Of a stretch of 64,000 bases of DNA, positions 29,978-40,020 are shown one piece after another. The notes under the pieces were generated by a model. That model did not search any database. It saw nothing but the letters and a program-made list of their open reading frames with translations, and had not been told where the DNA came from. A program made the translations under genes and the position numbers. The DNA lies in the NCBI GenBank assembly GCA_963780185.1, contig CAWABA010000006.1, positions 832,001 to 896,000 on the forward strand, in the 5' to 3' direction. The DNA is from Candidatus Bathyarchaeota archaeon. GTDB lineage: Archaea; Thermoproteota; Bathyarchaeia; Bathyarchaeales; Bathycorpusculaceae. The stretch's first letter is position 1. The number at the start of each line of letters is the position of its first letter.

Positions 29978-30272
29978 TTAGTAATCTTCCATTTGATAGA
30001 GACCCAAGTCGATGTTGAGGGTTTTTTCGGCTTCGTGCGCTCCTTCCAAATCATAGAGGCACTCGTGTAGCTTTGTCCAGCCTGCTGGTTCTTTTCGGAG
30101 CCATCTTCGACTTAGCCATCCCAACCTTCATTTTGCTCTTGTGTTTGGGACCCATGTGTGGACCGCTTATGACCATGGAGTTGTCGATCATTTTTGGGAC
30201 AACCTCAACTTTAACGTCTTCAATGTTCAGCGGGTTCTTGAGGGCTTCGTCGTGTAAGGGGTGTTTAGTCAA
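29978..30272 (-). CDS. ~97-aa hypothetical protein, frameshift near 30073, acidic C-terminal tail
   Basis: TTG start overlaps the upstream RHH stop; removing one A from GACAAAGCTA gives LDKLHECLYDLEGAHEAEKTLNIDLGLYQMEDY*. Confidence 0.55.
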
Positions 30273-30420
30273 CGCCCTTTCGCCTCCAAACTTCAGCGCT
30301 GATTAAGTCTCGAATTGCGACCCTGATGGCTTCGGCGCGGTTAGGATAGAACCGCTCGTCAACCAGCTGGTCCAAAGCTTTTATATAGGTTTCAGGCAGA
30401 TACAGAGTAATTAGTTTCAT
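30265..30420 (-). CDS. Ribbon-helix-helix regulator, CdrS/CopG-like
   Basis: Below ORF-track cutoff; MKLITLYLPETYIKALDQLVDERFYPNRAEAIRVAIRDLISAEVWRRKGVD. Confidence 0.85.
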   Translation of the reverse strand: MKLITLYLPETYIKALDQLVDERFYPNRAEAIRVAIRDLISAEVWRRKGVD

Positions 30421-30471
30421 TAGTTTATCTCTTCCAATTTGTGATTAAACAACAGAGGGAGGGTCGCAACC

Positions 30472-30504
30472 TATACATGTATATAATATGCCTGAAATAT
30501 GCCT
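30472..30504. promoter_or_regulatory. Candidate operator upstream of the RHH gene
   Basis: Perfect palindrome TATACATGTATA followed by AATATGCCT twice with 11-nt period. Confidence 0.4.
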
Positions 30505-30633
30505 ATAACATGTTGATGCCACAGCATATAAGCGTTAAACAGGCATTGGTGCAGCTTTCTGTCAATTTCCATTCAGCAACCTTTAAGTTTTTATCCCTTG
30601 CTGAAATATCTAACATGCTGGTGTACATGGTTA

Positions 30634-32019
30634 TTGCGGGTTTTCCTTAAAAACTTCGGCTGCTCAGCAAACACAGCTGACGGCGAAGTCTTGGCAGGAT
30701 GCTTATCACAAGCTGGCTACCAACTCACCACTTCAGAAACCGAAGCAAACGTGCTAATCTACAACACCTGCGCAGTGAAGGGACCAACAGAAAACCGCAT
30801 CATAAACGCCATGAAACAAGCGCCAAAAGGCAAAAAACTCATCGTCGCAGGCTGCCTGCCCATGATTAGTTTTGAGCGGCTGCTTCGGGAAGTGCGCTTT
30901 GACGGCGCAGTCGGTCCCTCGGTCGGGGAAGGAATTGTGGATGTTGTTTCCGGGTTGCCGCAGGGGAAAGAGTTATCGATTTAGGCAATTTGAACGGGAA
31001 GCCGAAACTGGACCTTCCCAAAGTCAGGTCTAACCCTGTTGTAAGCGTGGTTCCGATAAATTATGGTTGCCTTGGCTCCTGCGCTTACTGCTGCGTTGTC
31101 CATGCGAGAGGGCATCTGCGAAGCTACAGCGTCAAAGAAGTTGTTGACCGAGTAAGAAGCGACCTTGCAGACGGCGCCAAGGAGTTTTGGGTTACTTCGC
31201 AGGATACCGCCTGTTACGGGAGAGATTTGCACAGTAACCTTGCGGAGCTGCTTGAGGCGTTGGATGGGTTGGCGGGTGATTTTCGGGTGCGGGTCGGCAT
31301 GATGACTCCGAACATGGTAACCGACATGCAGGATCGAGCTAATTGAGCGCTTTCAAAAGCGACAAGGTCTTCAAGTTTCTGCATTTGCCTGTGCAAAGCG
31401 GCGACGACGAGACGTTGAAGCGGATGCGCAGGTTTTACACAGCAGCAGAATTCAAGGCAATTGTCGACGCGTTTAGAGCGACAGTTTCCCGATTTAACGC
31501 TTGCCACCGACGTCATCGTAGGGTTCCCAGGGGAAACAGAGGAGGCTTTTGAGAACACCCTCAGCCTGCTGGAGGAAGTTAAGCCTGACGTGACCAATGT
31601 TTCCAAGTTTTTCGCCAGACCAAAAACCGCGGCTGCCCAAATCCAAGATGGACTTGGTTGAAAAAGAAGAGATTAAGCGCAGAAGCGCAGTGGCGGCGGA
31701 GTTGGCTAGGCGGATTTCTTTGGAGCGGAATAAGCGTTGGGTCGGCTGGGTTGGGGAAGTGCTGGTTGATGAAAAGGGCAAGGTTGATGGGTCATGGGTG
31801 GGACGCAACTTTGCTTACAAACCAGTCGCAGTAAAAAGCACGGAGAATTTGCTTGGCAAAACAGTCAAAGTAAAAGTTGAAGCCGCCGCTGGAACCTACC
31901 TCAAAGGAACGATCTCTGAAGGGATTGAGCAAAATAACAATGAATTTACATTTTTGTGGCAAGATCAAGAGTCTACTAGACATGGGTGTGTACTGCGGGT
32001 TAAAAAAATAATTTCTTAA
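30634..32019 (+). CDS. tRNA t6A37 methylthiotransferase (archaeal MtaB/CDKAL1 type), several frameshifts
   Basis: FGCSAN, NTCAVK, AGCLP, radical-SAM CLGSCAYC, HLPVQSG, TDVIVGFPGET and TRAM domain spread over five ORF pieces. Confidence 0.9.
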
Positions 32020-32846
32020 CTGAGTTCTTTTTTAGCAGGCTAAGAGCTGCTTTGTAGGTCACTAGGAACATATTGACTAAACCTAAGATCCTTAAGTTCA
32101 TAAAGAGTTCGACAATAGGTGGGCGGCTCTAAGTCCTGATGATTCAAGAAGCTTCACATTTTGCAGAACGTCATGCATTTCTCCCCCACCCAACAACGAC
32201 CCATGACTCACAACTATTACGCGGTCGGCAAGCTCCGGCAAGCGCCTCCACATCATGGGTGGAAACCACGATAGTAGTTCCCTCGGCGTTTAGTTCATTC
32301 AGCAAATCGATAAGCCCTCTCCTCGGATACAAATCCAAATTCGCAGTAGGTTCGTCAAGGATAAGCAATTCAGGCCTGTAAAACTCAGGCAGTTGCCAAA
32401 GAGACTTTTTTCTTTTCCCCAAAACTGAATCGGTGTGGAGGACGATTTTTCAAATGGCTTATACCAATGTCTTCAAGGATATGTTCGCATCTTTGCTGAA
32501 TAACTTCTTCAGGAAGCCTCAGGTTCTTTGGGCCGTACGCGACATCTTCAATAACGCTTTGATTAAACAGTTGATCATCAGGGTCTTGGAAAACAATGCC
32601 GACTTTTTGCCGTAACTTTTGAAAAGATTTTGAAGCAGTATCTTCACCAAAAACCCTGATTTCTCCTTTCAGCGGAGACAAAAGTCCAGCAATAAGCAAA
32701 ATAAGCGTTGATTTACCTGAACCGTTTGGACCCAGCAAAGCTACTCGTTCGCCTTTTTGGATTTCAAGCGACACATCGGTTATTGCTTTTACTCCGGCAG
32801 GGTAGCTGAAATTTACGTTTTTTACTGAAATAATTGGCTCTGACAT
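32016..32846 (-). CDS. cbiO: ECF transporter ATPase NikO/CbiO, frameshifted
   Basis: GPNGSGKST, FQDPDDQLF, LILDEPTANLD, STHD in successive frames. Confidence 0.85.
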
Positions 32847-32857
32847 TAGTTGACCCT

Positions 32858-33672
32858 CTATAATAGCAGTAAGATTAAACCAAACGCAATTATTATCGAC
32901 GATGCAAAGACTGCATCAAGCCACCTAAAAGAAGGTAACGCCAATTTATGGTCATTTTCTATATTGAAGCCACGTGACTTCATCGCAAGTAAACTCTTTC
33001 AGAACGTTCGTAAGTGCGGATGAACAGGGCAGCGAGGATGGCGCCGAAGTCTTTGAGGGCTTGATAATTCATGGTACGTCTGTGTATGTATGTTCGGGCT
33101 TCTTTTGCTATTAGGAAACTCTGCACTTCATGCACAGACACAAAGAAGTACCGGTAAGTCAAGCTGAACAATTGAACAATAACCGGGGGAACTCTCAATG
33201 AAGCCAAAAGCTTCAGCAATTTGTCAAAGCCCAAGGAGACAACCAGAAGACTCAATGATGCGACGCAGAACCATACACGGACAGTAAACACCAAAAACTT
33301 CGTGACTCCCGCAGAGGTAACTGCTAAAGCAAAAAATCTAAAGTTCGCAGCGGCAATCGCTTGCCCAGGCGTTATGAAAAGAATGGGTATGGAGATTAAT
33401 GCTGCAAATGCTGGAATCCAAATAGTTCTGGAAAGAAGATATTTTAGGGGAACTCTGGAGGCCAACGCCAAAATGAAGGGGATTATGCAGATCAACGCTA
33501 AATATGGAAGAGAAAAAATAAAGAGGGAAGCAACTATCATGAAGACAACCACTATGAGGTTGATAAGAGGGTTGATGCTTTGCATCAGGCCGCGCTTATT
33601 GCTTAAGTCTTCAACGTATACCAGTGACTCCGAACCATCGACTATGTCACGTAGTGACTGGGGAACTTTCAT
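32858..33672 (-). CDS. cbiQ: ECF transporter T component NikQ/CbiQ, frameshift near 32985
   Basis: LTYRYFFV, RTYERSERVY then AMKSRGF in adjacent frame. Confidence 0.88.
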
Positions 33673-33962
33673 GTTGACTGGCTCTTTTTTCTATGTACGA
33701 TTTTAGCGACTGCCAGCCCCAGACAGAAGAGTCCCAATGTTCCAAATACGCCAACTATGAGAAGACCCCATGTGTTCTCTAAGCCTGGAATGTTGTAGCC
33801 GTCGAACGGTGCCTTGTAAATCGATGTCTCATTGTCATTCATTTTTCCCGCCTGCTTATCCAACGTTTCGAATGAGTAAGATAATACGAAGGTGCCGACT
33901 AAGACGAATATCATCGCTATTGCGAGTATGAGTATTATGGTTCGTTTGGTTGTTAATGGCAA
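33669..33962 (-). CDS. NikN-like (PDGLE-type) accessory membrane subunit
   Basis: Two TM flanking ETLDKQA...APFDGYNIPG; lies between M and Q genes. Confidence 0.75.
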   Translation of the reverse strand: MPLTTKRTIILILAIAMIFVLVGTFVLSYSFETLDKQAGKMNDNETSIYKAPFDGYNIPGLENTWGLLIVGVFGTLGLFCLGLAVAKIVHRKKSQST

Positions 33963-33974
33963 AGTTCTTTCACC

Positions 33975-34703
33975 TCACTCCTTAGCCTGCTTTTTTTGTT
34001 CGGGGGCTTGCTTGTTTTCATCATCTAAATCCTGCTTGTTTTGGAGTTGTGGGATTCGTTTGAGGATGGGGCTTTGCATCAATAGATCTGGCCGTAGTTT
34101 TAGTAGGGTTCCTACTAGTATCGCCGTGATTATGCCTTCGCCGACGCCTATTATTGAGTGATTCATTGCCATTGCTGGAACTGCTACGTTGAGTCCATAC
34201 TGGAAGACTGGCTGTGAAAGGCCTAGTTCTGTGCCTGCTGCGATAGCTGCTAGTACGTCGCCTGTGAATGCCGACACAAAAATTATGGCGTATAACTTGT
34301 TGCCTTTTACTCCGATCAACTTGTATAGCAACAAGAATATTGCACATGGTACTAGTACGCCGATTATGCCCATGTTTAGGACGTTTGCTCCAAGAGTGGT
34401 GAGTCCTCCATCACCGAAAAGCAGTGCTTGCAGGACCAGGATTACTGTTATGCCGATGCCGCCTGCAAAGGGTCCAAGTATTAGACCCATGGAGGCGCCG
34501 CCGAGCAGGTGAGCTGTGGTTCCGCCTACAACAGGCCAATTCATCATCATTGCGGCAAAGAAAAGCGCACATAGAAGTCCCAGTATTGGGACTTGTTTCT
34601 CGGTGAGTTTGACTTTCTTAATGCAAATTGCCCACCAAATAATGGTTATTATGAAGGCTGGTATGAAGACATATGGGGTTAGATACCCGTCAGGTATGTG
34701 CAT
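33975..34703 (-). CDS. cbiM: ECF S component NikM/CbiM
   Basis: Metal-binding N-terminus MHIPDGYL, GGTTAHLLG, QALLFGDGG. Confidence 0.95.
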   Translation of the reverse strand: MHIPDGYLTPYVFIPAFIITIIWWAICIKKVKLTEKQVPILGLLCALFFAAMMMNWPVVGGTTAHLLGGASMGLILGPFAGGIGITVILVLQALLFGDGGLTTLGANVLNMGIIGVLVPCAIFLLLYKLIGVKGNKLYAIIFVSAFTGDVLAAIAAGTELGLSQPVFQYGLNVAVPAMAMNHSIIGVGEGIITAILVGTLLKLRPDLLMQSPILKRIPQLQNKQDLDDENKQAPEQKKQAKE

Positions 34704-34736
34704 ATTTCAATTTTCTCTCCTTGTTCTCCCAATTCA

Positions 34737-34804
34737 GTAATACTTTTATTAAAAAAAGTGTTACTCTTAAATATAAGTGTTACTTTTTTGTTGAATCGTA
34801 TTAC
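34737..34804. promoter_or_regulatory. Two tandem NikR-type operators
   Basis: GTAATAC-N14-GTGTTAC (34737-34764) and GTGTTAC-N14-GTATTAC (34777-34804) flanking a TATA-like TATATTTAAG on the minus strand. Confidence 0.8.
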
Positions 34805-34821
34805 TACATTCGGGTGCAAAA

Positions 34822-35064
34822 ATGGAAACCGACAATCAGCCCTCTGGAAAAAGAACAGAGTTCAAAGAAAGAGAAATCGAACGCATGTTTGAAGGAATTC
34901 ATGATGAAATCGCAATAATCTCTGCAACCGCCAAATTCAACTTCACAACGTGCAAAACCGACGAAAAAACCTTCAAACTGACAGTTGCCTATATCGAAGA
35001 CACAAAGAAACTAGCTGCCCTTCTGCAAAATAGGATAAGCCTACTAATTGACACAACAGGTTGA
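34822..35064 (+). CDS. Hypothetical 80-aa protein
   Basis: Protein-like ORF divergent from nikM. Confidence 0.45.
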   Translation: METDNQPSGKRTEFKEREIERMFEGIHDEIAIISATAKFNFTTCKTDEKTFKLTVAYIEDTKKLAALLQNRISLLIDTTG

Positions 35065-35119
35065 CCTGCAAGTAACTGCCAAATTTGGCGACCTGCTAGC
35101 TCGAGGAAAAAAGATGGGG

Positions 35120-35950
35120 CTAGAATGGTTTGAACAGCCCTGCGAACACGAGCCAGACGAGCAGTGTTTTGGCTACGAAGCTGAGGATTATGTATGCTCT
35201 TTCGCCGTACAGGTAGTCTTTCCATCGGCCAACTCCGCGGTATTGAAGAACCATGTTGACTGCGAAGGACATGAAAAGAGTCAAGTACACGATAAATATG
35301 GCGTACACGAAACGCGGGACAGAATTTTGGCTGGCAATTATGTCTCCAGTAAAGTAAGCGAAGAGCACGACCCATGGGAATCCGCCTGAGATGCTGCCTA
35401 AAATGAAGGCTGACCAGTTTGTTTTTTCGGTGTTTTGGTTTATCAGCTCCATCAAGTAGCCGAACATTATCATCAACGCGTTGAGCAGGAAAATCATTGC
35501 AAGCGACCAGAAATCCCAGATTCCAACGAAAGTCGCGATGACCCAAATCATAATGGAGCTGGAAAACGCGTATTCGAACCATCGATAAGGATTCATGCCT
35601 TTCTTGAGGTTCTCGTTGTAGCTTTTGTTTTTGGGAAACGCAATCATGAAGTGGGCAAATGAAGATATCAATGGAAAAGCAGCCAGAAGCATTCCCAAAT
35701 GGCTTAGCGTGAAGAGGACTTGAGGGTTTGGGGAGCCGAAGAACGCTGGAGATGTCGGGGATACATGTTGGAATTTGAGGTAGAAAGTGTAGATGTCTGT
35801 GCCTTTGGGCCATTTCAACAGAAAAGTCAACGATAAAATTGCCAGCCCATTTATCAGCTGTAGAATGCCTGCGCCGATGTTGAATCGTTTGAGGTATTGA
35901 AAAGAAATTGGCGATTTCGCGATTATTTCTTGCCTTTCTTTGCGGTTGAT
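35120..35950 (-). CDS. heR: Heliorhodopsin
   Basis: NPYRWFEYAFSSSIM, MFGYLME, YLYGERAYIILSFVAK with the retinal lysine; start placed at ATC 35950. Confidence 0.95.
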   Translation of the reverse strand: MNRKERQEIIAKSPISFQYLKRFNIGAGILQLINGLAILSLTFLLKWPKGTDIYTFYLKFQHVSPTSPAFFGSPNPQVLFTLSHLGMLLAAFPLISSFAHFMIAFPKNKSYNENLKKGMNPYRWFEYAFSSSIMIWVIATFVGIWDFWSLAMIFLLNALMIMFGYLMELINQNTEKTNWSAFILGSISGGFPWVVLFAYFTGDIIASQNSVPRFVYAIFIVYLTLFMSFAVNMVLQYRGVGRWKDYLYGERAYIILSFVAKTLLVWLVFAGLFKPF

Positions 35951-36090
35951 TTTTCCGCCTCCAATTTCTCTTTGATGAAAACTGTTTATTAAACTTGCGA
36001 TTTGACAAAAGTGACAAAATCTACCCGATGAACAATGGCATAGGAAAAGCCGCAGTTTGCAAACTTTTACATCCAACACAAAGAGGAAGC

Positions 36091-36876
36091 CTAACCAATT
36101 TTGCCCTCAAAAATCCACGCTTGAGCCGCATATTTTTCTTTGCACAGCCGCTCTGCAAGTTCAACTTCATGAGCCGTTAACTTGCCTATCTCAAGCTGGA
36201 CCTTCAAAGCCGACTCAAATCCCTTAGCCAACGCATCGGCAACAGCTTCAGGCACAACAGTGTGCCCTACCTCGTTTTCTACGCTGGTGATTTTGCGGCT
36301 GCCGATGTCTGCGGCTTGGCTGCAGCTGGCGTTTTTGAGTTTCAGGAGTGTGAACATTTTTGGCAAATCGACACTTCTCAGCACCGTGCCGTGTTGGAGT
36401 ACGACGCCGCGGGTGATGGCTTGGCTGCTTCCCGAGATTTTTTTGCCGCCCACCGTCATGTTCGGGCAGTTTTTTGCGTCGCCGCTGCTGAAGTCGGCTG
36501 TAATGCCTAAAAGCGCCAGCGCTGCTTGGATTGCCTCGTAGATTTTGGCGTAGACGGAGGTTATGTCGGCTGTGCCTAAATCCGCGGTTTTGGCAATCAG
36601 GCTGTAGGTGACTTCGCCCTCATAGTCGTGGTAGACTGTGCCGCCGCCGCTCATGCGACGGACAACATCGACGCCCAGCCGCTTGCAGGCTTCAAGGTAA
36701 ACTTCGGTTTCGGGATTCTGGTTCTTTCCAATGCTGACGGCGGAGGGCTGCCAACGGTAAAACCGCAAGGTGTTCGGCACTTTGTCGGCAATCCGCGCGG
36801 TTAAGATTGCCTCGTCAATCGCCATATTCATGAATGCATTGTTGGTTTGAAGTGGAAGTAAGCGCCAAGTATCCAT
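36091..36876 (-). CDS. Lipoate-protein ligase A family
   Basis: NMAIDEA, VSIGKNQ, RRMSGGGTVYHD, KKISGSSQ, QHGT. Confidence 0.92.
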   Translation of the reverse strand: MDTWRLLPLQTNNAFMNMAIDEAILTARIADKVPNTLRFYRWQPSAVSIGKNQNPETEVYLEACKRLGVDVVRRMSGGGTVYHDYEGEVTYSLIAKTADLGTADITSVYAKIYEAIQAALALLGITADFSSGDAKNCPNMTVGGKKISGSSQAITRGVVLQHGTVLRSVDLPKMFTLLKLKNASCSQAADIGSRKITSVENEVGHTVVPEAVADALAKGFESALKVQLEIGKLTAHEVELAERLCKEKYAAQAWIFEGKIG

Positions 36877-37169
36877 ATCGATTCAATCCTTTCCAATGAA
36901 AAATAGGTGTTACTTAAAACTGTTTTGCAAGAGAAAAGGCTTGAGCAAAAAGAGACAAAAAAACTAAAAGCGTGGTGACATCATCCTTGAAGAAACAGCC
37001 GACGTCAATGTTCGGTTTTGTTGTTGATGATGGATGAAGATGATGATGGAGTATTTTTCCTAATTTCCAAAAACTACAAGCCTAGACGATATAGTTGAGC
37101 TTATGAGGGAGTCAACAGATAAAGCCTTAAAACCTGAACTTGCATTTTAGAAGGCAAGAGGAAACAAGC

Positions 37170-38051
37170 ATGAAGGTTATTTGTGGTCCAGCGTCGAAAG
37201 CGCTTGCGGAAGGGGTTTCAGCTCTAACAGGTTTGGGCTGTGTCTCGGTCGCGTCGAAGGTTTTTCCCGACGGCGAATCCTACGTCCGCTTGGAAGGCAA
37301 CGTACAGGGCGAAAACGTCGCAATCGTGCAAACTACCTGCCCGCCCATGCAGGATGGCAAACTTTTCCAGCTGGGGTTCATGGCTGACGCGGCAAAACGC
37401 GGCGGCGCCCAAAAAGTCACGGCTGTCGTTCCCTATTTGGCGTATGCGCGTCAGGACAAAATGTTTCTGTCAGGAGAAGGCATCAGCGTTGAAACCATCG
37501 CGCGAATGCTCAAAGCCTCAGGAATCGACGAGTTAATCACAGTTAACATTCATTCGGAACCTGCGCTGGCGAAGTTTCCGTTTCCAGCCAAAACGTCGAG
37601 CGCTATCCCGCTGCTGGCAGACTACTTCGTGCAGAAGGGCTACAGGGGCGCGTTCGCTCTGTCTCCCGACAAGGGCGCGATGTACATTGCGGAGCAGGCT
37701 CAGAAGGTTTTAGGCGGCGACGCGGGACACCTCGACAAGCAGCGAGACCGCTACACTGGGCAAACGGTGCAGACGGCTCAGGGCTTAAACGTCAAAGATA
37801 AAACGGTCATAATTTTCGACGACATCATCAGCACAGGCGGAACCATCGTGGGGGCAGCAAAAATCCTCCGGGAACAAGGCGCCAAACACGTTTTCTGCGC
37901 ATGCGTACACGGCTTACTCATCGGCGACGCGGAAAAACGCATCCTTGACGCCGGCGTGGAGGAAATCGTGGGAACCGACAGCGTACCCGGAAGCGTCAGC
38001 AAGGTTTCGTTAGCGCCGCTACTCAGCCAGGAACTTAAGGCGCAAAACTAG
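37170..38051 (+). CDS. prs: Ribose-phosphate pyrophosphokinase
   Basis: FPDGE, PYLAYARQD, SPDKGA, DDIISTGGT. Confidence 0.95.
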   Translation: MKVICGPASKALAEGVSALTGLGCVSVASKVFPDGESYVRLEGNVQGENVAIVQTTCPPMQDGKLFQLGFMADAAKRGGAQKVTAVVPYLAYARQDKMFLSGEGISVETIARMLKASGIDELITVNIHSEPALAKFPFPAKTSSAIPLLADYFVQKGYRGAFALSPDKGAMYIAEQAQKVLGGDAGHLDKQRDRYTGQTVQTAQGLNVKDKTVIIFDDIISTGGTIVGAAKILREQGAKHVFCACVHGLLIGDAEKRILDAGVEEIVGTDSVPGSVSKVSLAPLLSQELKAQN

Positions 38052-39100
38052 TGGCAAAACTTTTTTTTCTCCTCTCAGGCGAAAGCGAATCGCTGCCTGC
38101 CGCCGAAGTCAAGGCGATTTTGGAGGCTGAAGGCTACGGCTACGCAAACCCGCAGGTTTTGGATCAGATCCTGCTTTTGGAAGCTGAGGTGGGCTGTGTC
38201 AAGGCGGTGCAGGTGCGGGCGGCTTTTACGAGGCTTTGCGCATTGGAGCTTTTTACTTCGGACGCCACAGAAGCCGCCGCATGCGAAGCCGCAGGTGAAG
38301 CCGATTTTGAAGCCGTCCTCAAGCCTGGGGAAAGCTTTTCGGTGCGGATAAACCGCATAAAAAACTACGCTGACGAAGACATCAACACGATGCGTCTTGA
38401 AAGCAGACTTGGCAAAGTGATTCTTCAACGTGTGCCGCAAGCCAAAGTCAACCTGAAGTGCCCAGACAAAACCTTCATCGGCATAGTTACAGGCGAAAAA
38501 GTGGTCTTCGGCTTAAAACTCACCGAAATCCAATCCAAAACTTTCAGCGAACGCAGACCACGAAAAAAACCCTTCTTCCACCCCTCCGCCATGCCGTCTA
38601 AACTTGCCCGCTGCATGGTAAATTTGGCGCATGGAAAAGCCGACGATCTGCTGCTGGATCCGTTTTGCGGCACAGGAACCTCCCTTATCGAAGCCACATA
38701 CATCGGCTGCAGAGCAGTCGGCGTTGACGCGCAGCGGCGGATGATTTTGGGTTGCAAAAGAAACTTGCGGTACTTCAACATCTCGCCTGAAGGCTTAATC
38801 TGGGGGGACGCACGCCATCTGCCTCTTTTCAAGGTAGACTGCGTAATTACCAACCCGCCGTACGGTCGTTCATCGAGCACTTTGAAGTCAACGACTAAGC
38901 AGTTGGTGCAGGAAGTTTTAGCTGCTTCTTATGACCTGCTAGGGGTGGGGCAACGGATTTGTATTGCTTCTCCCAAAACATTAGGCATCAAGGCAGTAGG
39001 CGTCTCGTTGGGGTACAAGCATGTGGAATCCCACTTCGCTTACGTACACAGAACATTAACGAGGGAAATTGCGGTGTTTGAGAAGGTGCAAAACAAATGA
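38051..39100 (+). CDS. trm11: tRNA m2G10 methyltransferase (Trm11/TrmG10, THUMP plus MTase)
   Basis: PFFHPSAM, LDPFCGTG, NPPYGRS, VHRTLTR. Confidence 0.88.
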   Translation: MAKLFFLLSGESESLPAAEVKAILEAEGYGYANPQVLDQILLLEAEVGCVKAVQVRAAFTRLCALELFTSDATEAAACEAAGEADFEAVLKPGESFSVRINRIKNYADEDINTMRLESRLGKVILQRVPQAKVNLKCPDKTFIGIVTGEKVVFGLKLTEIQSKTFSERRPRKKPFFHPSAMPSKLARCMVNLAHGKADDLLLDPFCGTGTSLIEATYIGCRAVGVDAQRRMILGCKRNLRYFNISPEGLIWGDARHLPLFKVDCVITNPPYGRSSSTLKSTTKQLVQEVLAASYDLLGVGQRICIASPKTLGIKAVGVSLGYKHVESHFAYVHRTLTREIAVFEKVQNK

Positions 39101-40020
39101 GTATCCGCGTTGTTTTTCTGGGAACAAGCGGCAGCGTGCCAACCCTCAAGCGGAGCTTACCGTCTGTCGTGGTGGATTGTCCGCGGCAGATGTGGATGTT
39201 TGACTGCGGCGAAAACACTCAGCGCCAAATGATGCAGGCAAAAGTAAGCTTCCACAAGAAACTCAAAGTTTTCTTAACCCACCTTCACGGAGACCACGTG
39301 CTCGGGTTGCCGGGGGTTTTGCAGACGATGGCGCTGATGGACCGCAAAGAACCCGTCCAGATTTTTGGTCCGCCGGGGATCAAGGATTTTCTGGTCTGCA
39401 CCAAAGAAACCCTTAATTTCGGCTTAACTTTCCCAGTGGAAATCAACGAAATCCTAAGCGAAGGCATGATTCTGGATGAGGAAGAGTACACTCTTGTAGC
39501 TGCAAAATCAAACCATGCAATCCAAAGCTTCGCCTACGCGTTTATTGAGAAGCCGAGGGCAGGAAAATTCTACCCGAAAAAAGCGAAAGCACTCGGAATT
39601 CCAGTGGGGGAGCTGTGGTCTAAGCTTCAGAGTGGACATGAAGTAACGTTGGCTGATGACAGGGTGGTTAAGCCATGCGAAGTGATGGGTCCTCCTCGGG
39701 CAGGAAGAAAAATCGTTTACACGGGCGACACAAGACCCTTCGATGGCTTCGCCAAGTTTGCGGCAGACGCTGACTTGGTGATTCACGAGAGCACATTTGA
39801 CGACGCGTTAGTTGAGAAAGCCGCTTTAGATGGGCATTCAACCCCTAGCCAAGCTGCGGCAGAGGCGAAGGCTGCTGGAGCTAAGCAGTTGGTTTTGATC
39901 CATATCAGTGCAAGATACCCCGACGCCACGTTGCTGCTTGAGCAGGCGAAAAAAGTCTTTGCCAACACCGTGGTGGCTGAGGATTTTATGAAGATTGAAA
40001 TGCCGCTTAAACCGAGCTAA
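39097..40020 (+). CDS. rnz: Ribonuclease Z
   Basis: FLGTSG, DCGE, THLHGDH, exosite, GDTRP, HEST, HST, HISARY. Confidence 0.96.
   Translation: MSIRVVFLGTSGSVPTLKRSLPSVVVDCPRQMWMFDCGENTQRQMMQAKVSFHKKLKVFLTHLHGDHVLGLPGVLQTMALMDRKEPVQIFGPPGIKDFLVCTKETLNFGLTFPVEINEILSEGMILDEEEYTLVAAKSNHAIQSFAYAFIEKPRAGKFYPKKAKALGIPVGELWSKLQSGHEVTLADDRVVKPCEVMGPPRAGRKIVYTGDTRPFDGFAKFAADADLVIHESTFDDALVEKAALDGHSTPSQAAAEAKAAGAKQLVLIHISARYPDATLLLEQAKKVFANTVVAEDFMKIEMPLKPS

Noticed and set aside
34989-36017. 342-aa ORF overlapping heliorhodopsin on the same strand
   Set aside because: Alternative-frame shadow with Arg/His-rich, non-protein-like composition
35951-36079. N-terminal extension of heliorhodopsin in the ORF track
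   Set aside because: Spans a TATA-like TTAATAAA and the SD; sequence is not protein-like
36970-37060. GATGAT-rich tract resembling C/D-box sRNA motifs
   Set aside because: No properly spaced CTGA D boxes; looks like simple low complexity
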